53,461 nt of DNA from a virus. The stretch is from the UHGV virus genome UHGV-0032033; one strand, written 5' to 3'. The notes below the pieces were generated by a model. The model did no database searches. It had not been told where the DNA came from and was given only the letters and a program-made list of their open reading frames with translations. Position numbers and translations under genes: made by a program. This document shows positions 28,025 through 35,828 of the stretch, one piece after another. Position 1 is the stretch's first letter; each line of letters opens with the position of its first letter.

Positions 28025-28390
28025 ATGCAAATAATCCTTGATTACCTTTGCCACGCTGCAAATACAATTTTTGGCATGTATCAGCAACAATTCCTCAAAG
28101 AATGGGACGACATGCTGAATGATATCCTCGATAAAGGATTAATAATGGAGGTTGACGAGCTTACAATCAAATTTAATTATGAGGGTGAAATTTATCTAAT
28201 TTGGGTCGGGAATAGATGGTATTCATACGGTCATATTTATTCAATTGGCGATAAATACATTAAACGAAGCCAGGAATTCAGACCGCGCTTCCGAACAATG
28301 CGCCGCCTGCATGATCTGCATATGAAGTTATTCGAAGATCAGGAAGCACGGGAATTATTCAAAATTTACGGGGATATATCATGGAGCTAA
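28025..28390 (+). CDS. hypothetical protein (121 aa)
   Basis: Track ORF. Confidence 0.5.
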   Translation: MQIILDYLCHAANTIFGMYQQQFLKEWDDMLNDILDKGLIMEVDELTIKFNYEGEIYLIWVGNRWYSYGHIYSIGDKYIKRSQEFRPRFRTMRRLHDLHMKLFEDQEARELFKIYGDISWS

Positions 28391-28611
28391 AAATATGGCA
28401 GGCTATCGACGTGGTTGATAACGAATTATCTATGTTTGCCACTGACGGAAAGCGCGTGGTGATCGCCACATGGACGCGCAACCATGATGATATTACTTTT
28501 CGTCGCAAGGCGGCGGAGTGGCTTTTCTCTGATGGCGGCTACACGATGAACATCGCACAGCTTGCCAGAATGAAGGATGAAAAGCTGGTAGACAGCTACA
28601 CAACTGCATAA
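28381..28611 (+). CDS. hypothetical protein (76 aa)
   Basis: Track ORF, coupled. Confidence 0.45.
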   Translation: MELKIWQAIDVVDNELSMFATDGKRVVIATWTRNHDDITFRRKAAEWLFSDGGYTMNIAQLARMKDEKLVDSYTTA

Positions 28612-28621
28612 CGGGGTAAAT

Positions 28622-28855
28622 ATGCGTATTTATGAACACAAGCGGGATAAAACCCGCTTTTTTGTTCGTGCTGGCGTGGCGTACCAGTATCACGAATGCG
28701 GATACATTGAAGCGCTTGCTTACGATCTGGATTTCGAACAAGAAAAGGAATGGTTCGATTTCAAGATTTACCGGAAGCGCAAGCCAACGCGCGACGAGCG
28801 ACACGCTATCCGGGACTTTTTAATCAGCATAGACCGCTGGGAGACAGAGGAATGA
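28622..28855 (+). CDS. hypothetical protein (77 aa)
   Basis: Track ORF. Confidence 0.45.
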   Translation: MRIYEHKRDKTRFFVRAGVAYQYHECGYIEALAYDLDFEQEKEWFDFKIYRKRKPTRDERHAIRDFLISIDRWETEE

Positions 28856-29079
28856 AAGTTAAATTCTTGCACGATCACGGCTACCCATCATTAAAACGCG
28901 TGGTAGGGGAAATGGTAGACGTTGTTCATTCTGATGATGTGACCTGCGTCGTTATGGGTAAAGACCTTATCGCTCACGGTGCTGATAAAAATTATATCAA
29001 TCCGGCGTGGTCGTATACGTTCAGCCTGGGCGACTTCGTGGGCGATAAGGGGCGCGGGCTGCAAGTAGTCGAGGGTTAA
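28852..29079 (+). CDS. hypothetical protein (75 aa)
   Basis: ATGA-coupled; RBS ggagacagagg. Confidence 0.45.
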   Translation: MKVKFLHDHGYPSLKRVVGEMVDVVHSDDVTCVVMGKDLIAHGADKNYINPAWSYTFSLGDFVGDKGRGLQVVEG

Positions 29080-29083
29080 TATT

Positions 29084-29299
29084 ATGGACGTTTACGAGGA
29101 TGTTTACCTGGCACCTTCATCTTATAGCTTTTATTTTCTGATAAATGGAAAGGCTTATAGATGCGATTCTGACGGGGTGAGAGAAGAAAAGCTGTTTTGC
29201 ACTAAAGGATACCTGGATGATTTGGTTTTTGCCGGGATATTTCGCAAACGTCCGGCTAACCTGGAAGAAGAAATGCTGATCGACGAGGTGTTAAAATGA
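29084..29299 (+). CDS. hypothetical protein (71 aa)
   Basis: Track ORF. Confidence 0.45.
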   Translation: MDVYEDVYLAPSSYSFYFLINGKAYRCDSDGVREEKLFCTKGYLDDLVFAGIFRKRPANLEEEMLIDEVLK

Positions 29300-29541
29300 A
29301 AGTGAATTATTTCAGGGCAAAAGACAAGGCAACAGGAAAGCGGGTGGCTATCCTGGTTAATGAAGCAAATTATATGTTTGTTCTCCAGCCGTGGTGCATA
29401 GCTGACTATAACGATGATTATCGCCGTCACGCTGCGCGGCGGGCGGTCGGGATGAAAGGCTGGCAGCCTCGCGACATGCTTAATTATTGCGACTGGAATC
29501 TGATAGCGAAATACACGGTCGATTATAAGGGGATTTTCTGA
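29296..29541 (+). CDS. hypothetical protein (81 aa)
   Basis: Track ORF, coupled. Confidence 0.45.
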   Translation: MKVNYFRAKDKATGKRVAILVNEANYMFVLQPWCIADYNDDYRRHAARRAVGMKGWQPRDMLNYCDWNLIAKYTVDYKGIF

Positions 29542-29747
29542 TGTATGTTCGATGCACTGAATCAAAATCATCATGCTTTGAGGTTGGCGGGATATATACC
29601 GTATCTCACCTGACTGGCGATGAAAATAACATACAATACATTAAAGACGATCACGGCGACGCGTGGCGCTATTGGGATTGTTACGCACGGGGACATGTTA
29701 CCAGTCAATTCGGCACGGAAGCGATCGCGCGATTCATTAAATGGTGA
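29541..29747 (+). CDS. small protein, paralog family A member 1
   Basis: VRCTESKSSCFEVGGIYTV ... KDDHGDAWRYW; shared pattern C.(Y/E)S....F..G.IY / DD.G..W(R/Y)(F/Y). Confidence 0.55.
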   Translation: MYVRCTESKSSCFEVGGIYTVSHLTGDENNIQYIKDDHGDAWRYWDCYARGHVTSQFGTEAIARFIKW

Positions 29748-29758
29748 GAGAGGCGTTT

Positions 29759-29971
29759 ATGCAAGTTAAATGCTCATATTCAAGCAATGACAGTGTTTTC
29801 ACGATTGGGCGAGTTTATGACGTTCACATCGTTTATGGCAATGAAAATCACACAATGAATAATTGCCTTGCCTTGATTGATAATCATGACGAAATATGGG
29901 TATTCAGGCCGAGTTATGAAGGCGGTGAAATATCCGGCGTAGGTTTTGCTGCCAGCTTCGAACGTTATTAA
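29759..29971 (+). CDS. small protein, paralog family A member 2
   Basis: RBS gagagagg; VKCSYSSNDSVFTIGRVYDV ... DNHDEIWVF. Confidence 0.55.
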   Translation: MQVKCSYSSNDSVFTIGRVYDVHIVYGNENHTMNNCLALIDNHDEIWVFRPSYEGGEISGVGFAASFERY

Positions 29972-29981
29972 AGGGGCAATC

Positions 29982-30239
29982 ATGAAACATTTATATTTTG
30001 AGGTATTGCAGACGCGCGACCGCAATATATTTGAAGAAGGGAAGATCTATTGCGGCGTTCAACTCCACGGCGCACCTGGCGGTAATGGTGCAATGGCGAT
30101 AACTGGCGATGATGATAAAGTTTATTTCGCTTATGTTAGCCATATCAATAACGCCGCTGGTTTGTATATTTATCGCATAGTCCATGATTTTCGTGAGATC
30201 GCGGAGTTTTGCGCCCGCGAAGGCAGTAAACCGGAATAA
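29982..30239 (+). CDS. small protein, probable divergent family A member 3
   Basis: RBS aaagggg; FEEGKIYCGV ... ITGDDDKVYFAYV. Confidence 0.45.
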   Translation: MKHLYFEVLQTRDRNIFEEGKIYCGVQLHGAPGGNGAMAITGDDDKVYFAYVSHINNAAGLYIYRIVHDFREIAEFCAREGSKPE

Positions 30240-30249
30240 GTGAGGTGTT

Positions 30250-30486
30250 ATGAATCGGAAACATAGATACCAGTGCACATACTCACGATGCAGCGCGTTT
30301 TTTAAGAATGGCAAGATCTACGAGGTTGGCGCAGCATTGGTTGACGAAAAGGATCAGGAATATATTCACGCCATTACTGACGACCAGGGCCAGTTATGGC
30401 GCTTTTATAAAATGGGGTGTGGCACGGCGCTTGTTTATGCGCGTGCTGGTGGTGCTTTTGCTGCGTTTTCGTGTGTAGGGGTATGA
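30250..30486 (+). CDS. small protein, paralog family A member 4
   Basis: YQCTYSRCSAFFKNGKIYEV ... TDDQGQLWRFY. Confidence 0.55.
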   Translation: MNRKHRYQCTYSRCSAFFKNGKIYEVGAALVDEKDQEYIHAITDDQGQLWRFYKMGCGTALVYARAGGAFAAFSCVGV

Positions 30487-30707
30487 AAATGATTTTAACG
30501 TGTAACGAGTCGGAATTAGGCTGTTTTGAGGAAGGCGCACAGTATACGGCTGAAAAACCGATGGGATTGTCGCCTAAGTTGCCGTTTATCGTCGTGACTG
30601 ACACTTACGGGCATTTATGGTATGCGGAACCGCGCCGGGGGATTGGTCGTTATGTTGTCCGTAGTTCGGACGGGATGATGATGGTTACTCTCACAGAAGA
30701 AACATAA
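30483..30707 (+). CDS. small protein, paralog family A member 5
   Basis: RBS agggg; LTCNESELGCFEEGAQYTA ... TDTYGHLWYA. Confidence 0.55.
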   Translation: MKMILTCNESELGCFEEGAQYTAEKPMGLSPKLPFIVVTDTYGHLWYAEPRRGIGRYVVRSSDGMMMVTLTEET

Positions 30708-30804
30708 TGTGATCTGCATCACGAGGTATACAAAATGGCATTGTTTTGGCAGTGCCATTTTGTTATAAAGAGGCTGAAGAGAGAACGATACGGAGGGTAG
30801 AAAA

Positions 30805-31077
30805 ATGAAACGCTGGATTAACGAAGAAACAGAAGCCCGCTTCAATGCCATTTGGGATCTGATTGAAAAAGAGGACGGCGTTTCTAGTCCCTACCTGAAC
30901 AATCTTGAGTTCCACTATGTAGAAGCGATGAACGCAGAGCATGACCACGAAGGAGGTGCTGATGAATTCGCCAAAAAATACGGCTTCGATGATGCAAACC
31001 ATATGATTAACAACGTGGTGATGCAGGCAGAGGAAGACTACGAATACAAATCACTTGAATTCGCACGCATGGCATAA
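30805..31077 (+). CDS. hypothetical acidic protein (90 aa)
   Basis: Track ORF with RBS ggaggg. Confidence 0.5.
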   Translation: MKRWINEETEARFNAIWDLIEKEDGVSSPYLNNLEFHYVEAMNAEHDHEGGADEFAKKYGFDDANHMINNVVMQAEEDYEYKSLEFARMA

Positions 31078-31087
31078 GGGGGAAACC

Positions 31088-31228
31088 ATGAACGCTAACG
31101 CTAAATATCCGGCCTGGGTTTTCGAACTATACGCCCGCTACTTTGACGCATTAGCACCAGGTGAAGAAGCATTAAGCATTGACGAATACGCGGAGTGCTT
31201 AGGATTTAGAGGAGGAGAAGAAGAATAA
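31088..31228 (+). CDS. hypothetical small protein (46 aa)
   Basis: RBS ggggga; MNANAKYPAWVFELYARYFDALAPGEEALSIDEYAECLGFRGGEEE; below track cut-off. Confidence 0.35.
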   Translation: MNANAKYPAWVFELYARYFDALAPGEEALSIDEYAECLGFRGGEEE

Positions 31229-31267
31229 ACACGGGGCCGGATGGCCCCATCAAACGGAGTAGAAATT

Positions 31268-31522
31268 ATGGTTGTGATCAGACTATGGCGCGGAGTCAGT
31301 AGGCTTGATGGCACATACAGCCGCGTAATTGAGGATGTTAATAATGGTCGGTTTTTTGAACTGGCATACAGTGAGAAAAGAGAGAGTGAATACCTGAACG
31401 AATCTACACCTATGTGGTGCAAAGTGGCGGGCCTTACTTCACTTTTGCGTCGCGGGTTTAGTACAGACTATAACACCTTAATTGACGCCGAACTGGTGGC
31501 TACTCTTTACGAAGCAGAATGA
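31268..31522 (+). CDS. small protein, paralog family B member 1 (84 aa)
   Basis: RBS ggag; IRLWRGVSRLDGTYSRVIEDVNNGRFFELAY...LLRRGF...ELVATLYEAE. Confidence 0.55.
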   Translation: MVVIRLWRGVSRLDGTYSRVIEDVNNGRFFELAYSEKRESEYLNESTPMWCKVAGLTSLLRRGFSTDYNTLIDAELVATLYEAE

Positions 31523-31551
31523 GGAATCAAATAATATTAAATAGGTGTGAT

Positions 31552-31806
31552 ATGGAAATAATAAAACTGTGGCGCGGCAATAGTAAGGCTGATGGTGAGT
31601 TTTGCCGCGTCGTTCAATTCGTCAATTATGGTAGGTTTTACGAGCTACCTTATAACAAAAGGAAGGGTGATTTCTATTTAAGCGAATCAATCCCGGTGCG
31701 CAGAAAAATGAAAGCGCTTAGAGGATTATTGCGAAGTGGTTTTTATTCTTGCCCTAACCCATTAAACAATCCTGAATTGGTGGCTGTTTTTTACGAAGGA
31801 GAATGA
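31552..31806 (+). CDS. small protein, paralog family B member 2 (84 aa)
   Basis: RBS aggtg; IKLWRGNSKADGEFCRVVQFVNYGRFYELPY...LLRSGF...ELVAVFYEGE; same length as member 1. Confidence 0.55.
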   Translation: MEIIKLWRGNSKADGEFCRVVQFVNYGRFYELPYNKRKGDFYLSESIPVRRKMKALRGLLRSGFYSCPNPLNNPELVAVFYEGE

Positions 31807-32132
31807 AAATGACTAAATTTATCAGCGTTAAAGTTTTCCGTGGTACTTTACCGAACGAAGAAGGATTAGGACAATTTGCCAGGCAACCTGGTGCATGTTT
31901 CCGTGTAGCCACTGAAGACGATGCGCATGTTAAATGCTTCCACGTATCGGAACCGCCTTTTAATGCAGACCATCTTGAAGACCCGGATAGAATTAAAAGC
32001 CTAGTTTCTGCCTATCTGATGTTCCAGGGTATCGCTGATATGGAAGTGGAATTGCTTGGCGCTGAACTGGTGGCAGAATACAAAATTACTGAAGCAGAAA
32101 GCGGAGAATCAAAAATTGAGCGCATCAAATAA
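31803..32132 (+). CDS. small protein, divergent family B member 3
   Basis: VKVFRGTLPNEEGLGQFARQ ... GAELVAEYKITEAE. Confidence 0.45.
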   Translation: MKMTKFISVKVFRGTLPNEEGLGQFARQPGACFRVATEDDAHVKCFHVSEPPFNADHLEDPDRIKSLVSAYLMFQGIADMEVELLGAELVAEYKITEAESGESKIERIK

Positions 32133-32367
32133 ACCTTACAAAATCCGTTGTAAAGGTGAGTACCCTGGCTTTACGACTGGTTGCGAATACCTGGGCCACA
32201 TTGGGTACGGCCCTTTCGGTGAGTTAGGGATGAACACGATGGACGACGACGGCGACAGCAGGACGCTTGATCTTGATTCTGATGATTTCGAATACATCCC
32301 GCCAGTCACTTACCGTGACGTCGATGATTTCCTGGCTGAACAAGAAGACGATGAAGAGGATGATTAA
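32056..32367 (+). CDS. acidic small protein with family-A-like N-terminal motif (start uncertain, possibly TTG ~32116)
   Basis: KIRCKGEYPGFTTGCEY ... MDDDGDSRT; C-terminal Asp/Glu-rich tail. Confidence 0.4.
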   Translation: MALNWWQNTKLLKQKAENQKLSASNKPYKIRCKGEYPGFTTGCEYLGHIGYGPFGELGMNTMDDDGDSRTLDLDSDDFEYIPPVTYRDVDDFLAEQEDDEEDD

Positions 32368-32369
32368 CT

Positions 32370-32510
32370 ATGGATGACGAATACGTTAACAATTTTATTG
32401 TTATGTTTCTTAGTGAAAACTGGCGCATGTTTGAACATTATTGTTTTGAGCGCGGGGAAAATGCTGAAGAAATATATCAATATTTAGGCGGGGAGAAAGA
32501 GGATGATTGA
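32370..32510 (+). CDS. hypothetical small protein (46 aa)
   Basis: MDDEYVNNFIVMFLSENWRMFEHYCFERGENAEEIYQYLGGEKEDD; stop overlaps next ATG. Confidence 0.35.
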   Translation: MDDEYVNNFIVMFLSENWRMFEHYCFERGENAEEIYQYLGGEKEDD

Positions 32511-32703
32511 ATGCCTTATCATTGCTGCGTTTCTCCTTTATATCGCTGGCGCTATCCTGATGTCTTGTTTTATCAGAAGTAACGATCTCAATCGTGGTGG
32601 CCTTGAGGTTCCTTTCTGGCCTGTAGCGGTGTTTATCGCTTTCGTCGATGCTACGCGCACGCAGATCAAAAGAGCTATTAAGGAGCGTAAAAATGGGAAA
32701 TAG
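32503..32703 (+). CDS. small membrane protein (66 aa)
   Basis: Two hydrophobic segments (IIAAFLLYIAGAILMSCFI; FWPVAVFIAFV). Confidence 0.45.
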   Translation: MIECLIIAAFLLYIAGAILMSCFIRSNDLNRGGLEVPFWPVAVFIAFVDATRTQIKRAIKERKNGK

Positions 32704-32917
32704 CGACCATCAATATGACGGCGTTTATCAGTCATTGGTGTCACGCGCTTATTATCGCCTTGAAGGTGAACACGTAATGATGCGATTACGCCAGTTTGAT
32801 CCGTGGCATGAAACGATTCTACCTGTGACAGCGAAAGAAGTTATCACGATGTTTAATCACGGGCACTGGCGCAAGGTTGGTGATATTAAATTCAGGATGT
32901 TTAAAGAGGGTAATTAA
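32693..32917 (+). CDS. hypothetical protein (74 aa)
   Basis: Internal Met of track ORF 32648..32917. Confidence 0.45.
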   Translation: MGNSDHQYDGVYQSLVSRAYYRLEGEHVMMRLRQFDPWHETILPVTAKEVITMFNHGHWRKVGDIKFRMFKEGN

Positions 32918-33085
32918 ATGATCGAAGATGGTATCTATGTGCATAACTTATTTGATATTGCTTACTTGCTGAAAGAGGAAAAGGTTTTTGTTATGTCGAG
33001 TGAGCATCCTTTCTGGACTGGCGTAAACATGGATCGTGAACAGATGCAAATATTGCTTGATAATGGCCTGATAAAGAAGAAATAG
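32918..33085 (+). CDS. hypothetical small protein (55 aa)
   Basis: ATG abuts previous stop; below track cut-off. Confidence 0.35.
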   Translation: MIEDGIYVHNLFDIAYLLKEEKVFVMSSEHPFWTGVNMDREQMQILLDNGLIKKK

Positions 33086-33152
33086 AAGCCATAATCGCGC
33101 ATAAAAAACAAATAGATTAAAATACTTCCTAACAATGCGAAATTGTAATTAC

Positions 33153-33179
33153 CCGGCCCAGCGCCGGGTTTTTGCTTTG
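33153..33179 (+). terminator. hairpin terminator immediately upstream of lysis cassette (tR'-like)
   Basis: cccggc-ccagc-gccggg followed by TTTTTGCTTTG, ~15 nt before holin RBS. Confidence 0.6.
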
Positions 33180-33193
33180 TTGGAGGTAAATCT

Positions 33194-33394
33194 ATGCTCG
33201 ACAAAATACGGGAGGCATGTGCGTATGCAGTAGGGGCCGTAACGGCCTTTTTTGGTGCGATAACCATTAATGATGTTGCTGTCTTTGTTGGTATCTTATC
33301 AACCGCAGGCACATTTGCCGTTAACTATTACTTCAAATCACAGGAGAACAAGCGAGCGCAAGAGGAACACGACGCGCGAATGGGGAATAAGTAA
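33194..33394 (+). CDS. pinholin (phage 21 S-like holin)
   Basis: 66 aa, two TM segments, C-terminal NYYFKSQENKRAQEEH resembles S21 NLYFKIREDRRKAARGE. Confidence 0.75.
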   Translation: MLDKIREACAYAVGAVTAFFGAITINDVAVFVGILSTAGTFAVNYYFKSQENKRAQEEHDARMGNK

Positions 33395-33886
33395 ATGATT
33401 AGCCAATCGCTGAAGAACAAGATTATTGCTGCGGCGGCTGGTGGGGCGATCGCTATTGCGGCTGTGATGGTTAAACCATTAGAAGGCGTGGAGTACGATC
33501 CTTATCGTGATGTTATCGGTGTATGGACTGTGTGTTATGGTCACACCGGAAAGGACATTATGCTGGGTAAGACTTACACGCAATCAGAATGCGATGCTTT
33601 GTTAAACAAAGATCTCCACAAAACCGCAAAAGCGATTGACCCATATATTAAAGTCGAAATATCAGATTTTACCCGCGCGGCGCTTTATTCATTCGCCTAT
33701 AACGTAGGCGCTACCAACTTCAAAACATCAACCTTATTGAAGCTACTCAATGACGGCAAGAAATCGGAGGCATGTGCACAGCTTAAACGCTGGATATATG
33801 CTGGCGGCAAGCCGTGGCAAGGGTTAATAAACCGCCGTGATGTTGAATATGCCGTTTGCGAATGGGGTGAAACATGGAAAAGGTGA
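33395..33886 (+). CDS. SAR endolysin (lysozyme, phage 21 R-like)
   Basis: N-terminal Gly/Ala-rich SAR segment [17 protein letters not shown]; catalytic region [41 protein letters not shown] close to R21. Confidence 0.9.
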   Translation: MISQSLKNKIIAAAAGGAIAIAAVMVKPLEGVEYDPYRDVIGVWTVCYGHTGKDIMLGKTYTQSECDALLNKDLHKTAKAIDPYIKVEISDFTRAALYSFAYNVGATNFKTSTLLKLLNDGKKSEACAQLKRWIYAGGKPWQGLINRRDVEYAVCEWGETWKR

Positions 33887-34344
33887 AGACGTTAATTATC
33901 GCCGTTGTTGTTTGCATTATTGCCGGGCTGACCGCCGTAACATGTTATTACCAGGGTGAAGCAGCGAGATTGCAGGAAGAGGTCACGACCACGCAAGGCG
34001 CACTGAAAACAGCAAGTAACACTATTCAGCAGATGAAGGAGCGAAACGCAGAGCTATCAAAACTTGATAAGAGGTATCACGATGAAATTAAAGCTATCAG
34101 ATCTGACATTGCCGATCTGCGCACTGGCATTGATAGCGGCGCTATCAGGTTGCACGTCAACGCCGAACCAGTGCGATTACTCGACAATACGGGAACCGCC
34201 AGCCGCATTGATGGAGCCACCTGTAGACTCACTCCCGACGCTGAATCGGCTTATCTATCCCTCAGAGAACAACTAAAAGAGAAAGATGCGAAGATCGCCG
34301 GACTTCAGAGCTATATCAAAACGCAGTGCTTACGCAAAAAATAA
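33874..34344 (+). CDS. Rz: i-spanin (Rz)
   Basis: N-terminal TM helix, coiled-coil periplasmic domain; overlaps endolysin 3' end. Confidence 0.8.
   Translation: MEKVKTLIIAVVVCIIAGLTAVTCYYQGEAARLQEEVTTTQGALKTASNTIQQMKERNAELSKLDKRYHDEIKAIRSDIADLRTGIDSGAIRLHVNAEPVRLLDNTGTASRIDGATCRLTPDAESAYLSLREQLKEKDAKIAGLQSYIKTQCLRKK
34082..34276 (+). CDS. Rz1: o-spanin (Rz1), embedded in Rz in +1 frame
   Basis: RBS aagagg; lipoprotein signal with lipobox LSGC, Pro-rich mature part. Confidence 0.75.
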   Translation: MKLKLSDLTLPICALALIAALSGCTSTPNQCDYSTIREPPAALMEPPVDSLPTLNRLIYPSENN

Positions 34345-34622
34345 CAGCGCGTGGACGTGTCGCCGTTTCCGCCAGCCAGCCATAACCGGGTCAATCCTTC
34401 CCGCGAGCGACGGCGGAATAGTCAAAAACACGTAATACCGGATCATCCATCCCATTAACAGGTCGGCGCTACCTGGGTAGAAGAAAGCGCCATTCTCCAG
34501 TTTTATAAAATTCTGGAAACGGTACTGATGAAGCGCCGTTTTCAGTGTTTTATGGCTGTTTTCACTCCCTGCGGTGTCGAGTTTTGCGGGGGTTATATTT
34601 TTCAGAATAGGAGATTATTCTG

Positions 34623-35165
34623 ATGGCTAAGGCTAAAGGCATTAAGTTGCCTCAATTCAAAGTCCCGCTCTTTGAGCATACCACTGTTTTCTTTTGCCCG
34701 ACCCGCGAGATGTTCTATGAATTTTGCGAAAAGGCAGGTGTCCCGATCGATCCTGGTTTCGAGCTTTGCGGAGGGTTAACGCTAACCTGTTCTGGTGAAA
34801 GCGGCGGCAACTTTTATGTTGTGGCTGTATTTGACCATGAATTATCAACCCTGGTCCATGAAGTCGCGCACGCCACCTTCCATTGTTTAAGTGATGTTGG
34901 TGTATTAGCTACCACTGATGACAGTCACCCGGCGAATGAGACTTATGCTTACCTGATTGGACGTATGTTTGATGCATTCTTCCCGATCCTGGCTGAATCA
35001 AACGAAGCGGAGGTTGCAGCAATGCAGGCGGCTGAAGTCGTCGAGCAGGCGCTGGAACAGGCAGAACAGCCGAAGGAAGAAGAAAAAACCGCGAAGAAAG
35101 GCAAACGTAAGCCTAAAGCAAAAGAAGCGTATGTGCCGCGCGTAATGAGCTTTAAACGAGGCTGA
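34623..35165 (+). CDS. HExxH-motif protein with Lys-rich C-terminal tail (putative small zinc metallopeptidase-like)
   Basis: LVHEVAHATFH motif; C-terminal KKGKRKPKAK; RBS aggag. Confidence 0.45.
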   Translation: MAKAKGIKLPQFKVPLFEHTTVFFCPTREMFYEFCEKAGVPIDPGFELCGGLTLTCSGESGGNFYVVAVFDHELSTLVHEVAHATFHCLSDVGVLATTDDSHPANETYAYLIGRMFDAFFPILAESNEAEVAAMQAAEVVEQALEQAEQPKEEEKTAKKGKRKPKAKEAYVPRVMSFKRG

Positions 35166-35167
35166 TT

Positions 35168-35257
35168 ATGATTGCGTCAATATTAACGTTTATGGGTGGC
35201 GTGGCGTTCGGATTCATTATTTGCCTGTTTATGGTGATTATGTCTATGCGAGGCTGA
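35168..35257 (+). CDS. micro-ORF 1, hydrophobic peptide (29 aa)
   Basis: RBS gagg in repeated unit gaggctgattATG; MIASILTFMGGVAFGFIICLFMVIMSMRG. Confidence 0.4.
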   Translation: MIASILTFMGGVAFGFIICLFMVIMSMRG

Positions 35258-35259
35258 TT

Positions 35260-35355
35260 ATGGACGCTTACATCATCGCCGGATTAATCGGTATTTCTGT
35301 ATTTATGGTGAGTTTTATTATAGCCGTGCTGATAACCGTAAAGAGTAAATTATGA
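35260..35355 (+). CDS. micro-ORF 2, hydrophobic peptide (31 aa)
   Basis: Same gaggctgattATG unit; MDAYIIAGLIGISVFMVSFIIAVLITVKSKL. Confidence 0.4.
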   Translation: MDAYIIAGLIGISVFMVSFIIAVLITVKSKL

Positions 35356-35426
35356 ACACCTACGATCTCATCTGGTTATTGGTGCTCATCATAGGTATTG
35401 GCGTGAACATTTACATGCTATGGTAA
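35352..35426 (+). CDS. micro-ORF 3, hydrophobic peptide (24 aa)
   Basis: ATGA-coupled; MNTYDLIWLLVLIIGIGVNIYMLW; paralog of micro-ORF 5. Confidence 0.4.
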   Translation: MNTYDLIWLLVLIIGIGVNIYMLW

Positions 35427-35430
35427 AAAT

Positions 35431-35505
35431 ATGATTGACCCGCTAATTATCCTTTCTGCCTGCGTCGCTGTATGGCTGGCGATCATGATATTCATTGAAA
35501 GCTGA
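35431..35505 (+). CDS. micro-ORF 4, hydrophobic peptide (24 aa)
   Basis: MIDPLIILSACVAVWLAIMIFIES. Confidence 0.35.
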   Translation: MIDPLIILSACVAVWLAIMIFIES

Positions 35506-35516
35506 AGGTATTCACC

Positions 35517-35591
35517 ATGAATATTTACGATCTCATCTGGTGGTCGTTGGTCGCCGTCATTATCTATTTCTGGTGGAAGAATGTTGTATAG
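35517..35591 (+). CDS. micro-ORF 5, hydrophobic peptide (24 aa)
   Basis: RBS gaagg; MNIYDLIWWSLVAVIIYFWWKNVV; shares tacgatctcatctgg with micro-ORF 3. Confidence 0.4.
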   Translation: MNIYDLIWWSLVAVIIYFWWKNVV

Positions 35592-35599
35592 GTGAAAGC

Positions 35600-35680
35600 A
35601 TGAACGCATACGAAATGCTATTGCTGGTGGCTGTAGTTGTAGTCATTGCCGTAGATGTTTATCGGGAGTTTAAAAAATGA
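35600..35680 (+). CDS. micro-ORF 6, hydrophobic peptide (26 aa)
   Basis: RBS aggtga; MNAYEMLLLVAVVVVIAVDVYREFKK. Confidence 0.4.
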   Translation: MNAYEMLLLVAVVVVIAVDVYREFKK

Positions 35681-35745
35681 AATGGCTTGATTTCCTTTTC
35701 CTGATCGTTGCGATTGTCCTTACCATGACCGCGCTGACTCAATAG
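35677..35745 (+). CDS. micro-ORF 7, hydrophobic peptide (22 aa)
   Basis: ATGA-coupled, RBS ggag; MKWLDFLFLIVAIVLTMTALTQ. Confidence 0.4.
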   Translation: MKWLDFLFLIVAIVLTMTALTQ

Positions 35746-35753
35746 GTGAGCAA

Positions 35754-35828
35754 ATGGATGTTATCGAAGCCGTATTATTCGTATGTATAGCTGCGTTAAT
35801 TATTGTTGGAGTGATTATCAATGTCTGA
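35754..35828 (+). CDS. micro-ORF 8, hydrophobic peptide (24 aa)
   Basis: RBS aggtgag; MDVIEAVLFVCIAALIIVGVIINV. Confidence 0.4.
   Translation: MDVIEAVLFVCIAALIIVGVIINV

Noticed and set aside
30737-30752. Sigma54-like element TGGCAT-N-TTGGCA (GG-N10-GC) in an intergenic region
   Set aside because: No sigma54 activator or enhancer context is apparent, and the sequence is part of the inverted pair of the recurring TACAAAATGG motif; probably coincidental.
35495-35680. 61-aa track ORF spanning micro-ORFs 4-6
   Set aside because: The N-terminal 35 residues read across the stops and starts of better-supported mini-ORFs in other frames; only its C-terminal 26 codons (from ATG 35600 with its own RBS) coincide with a plausible gene.
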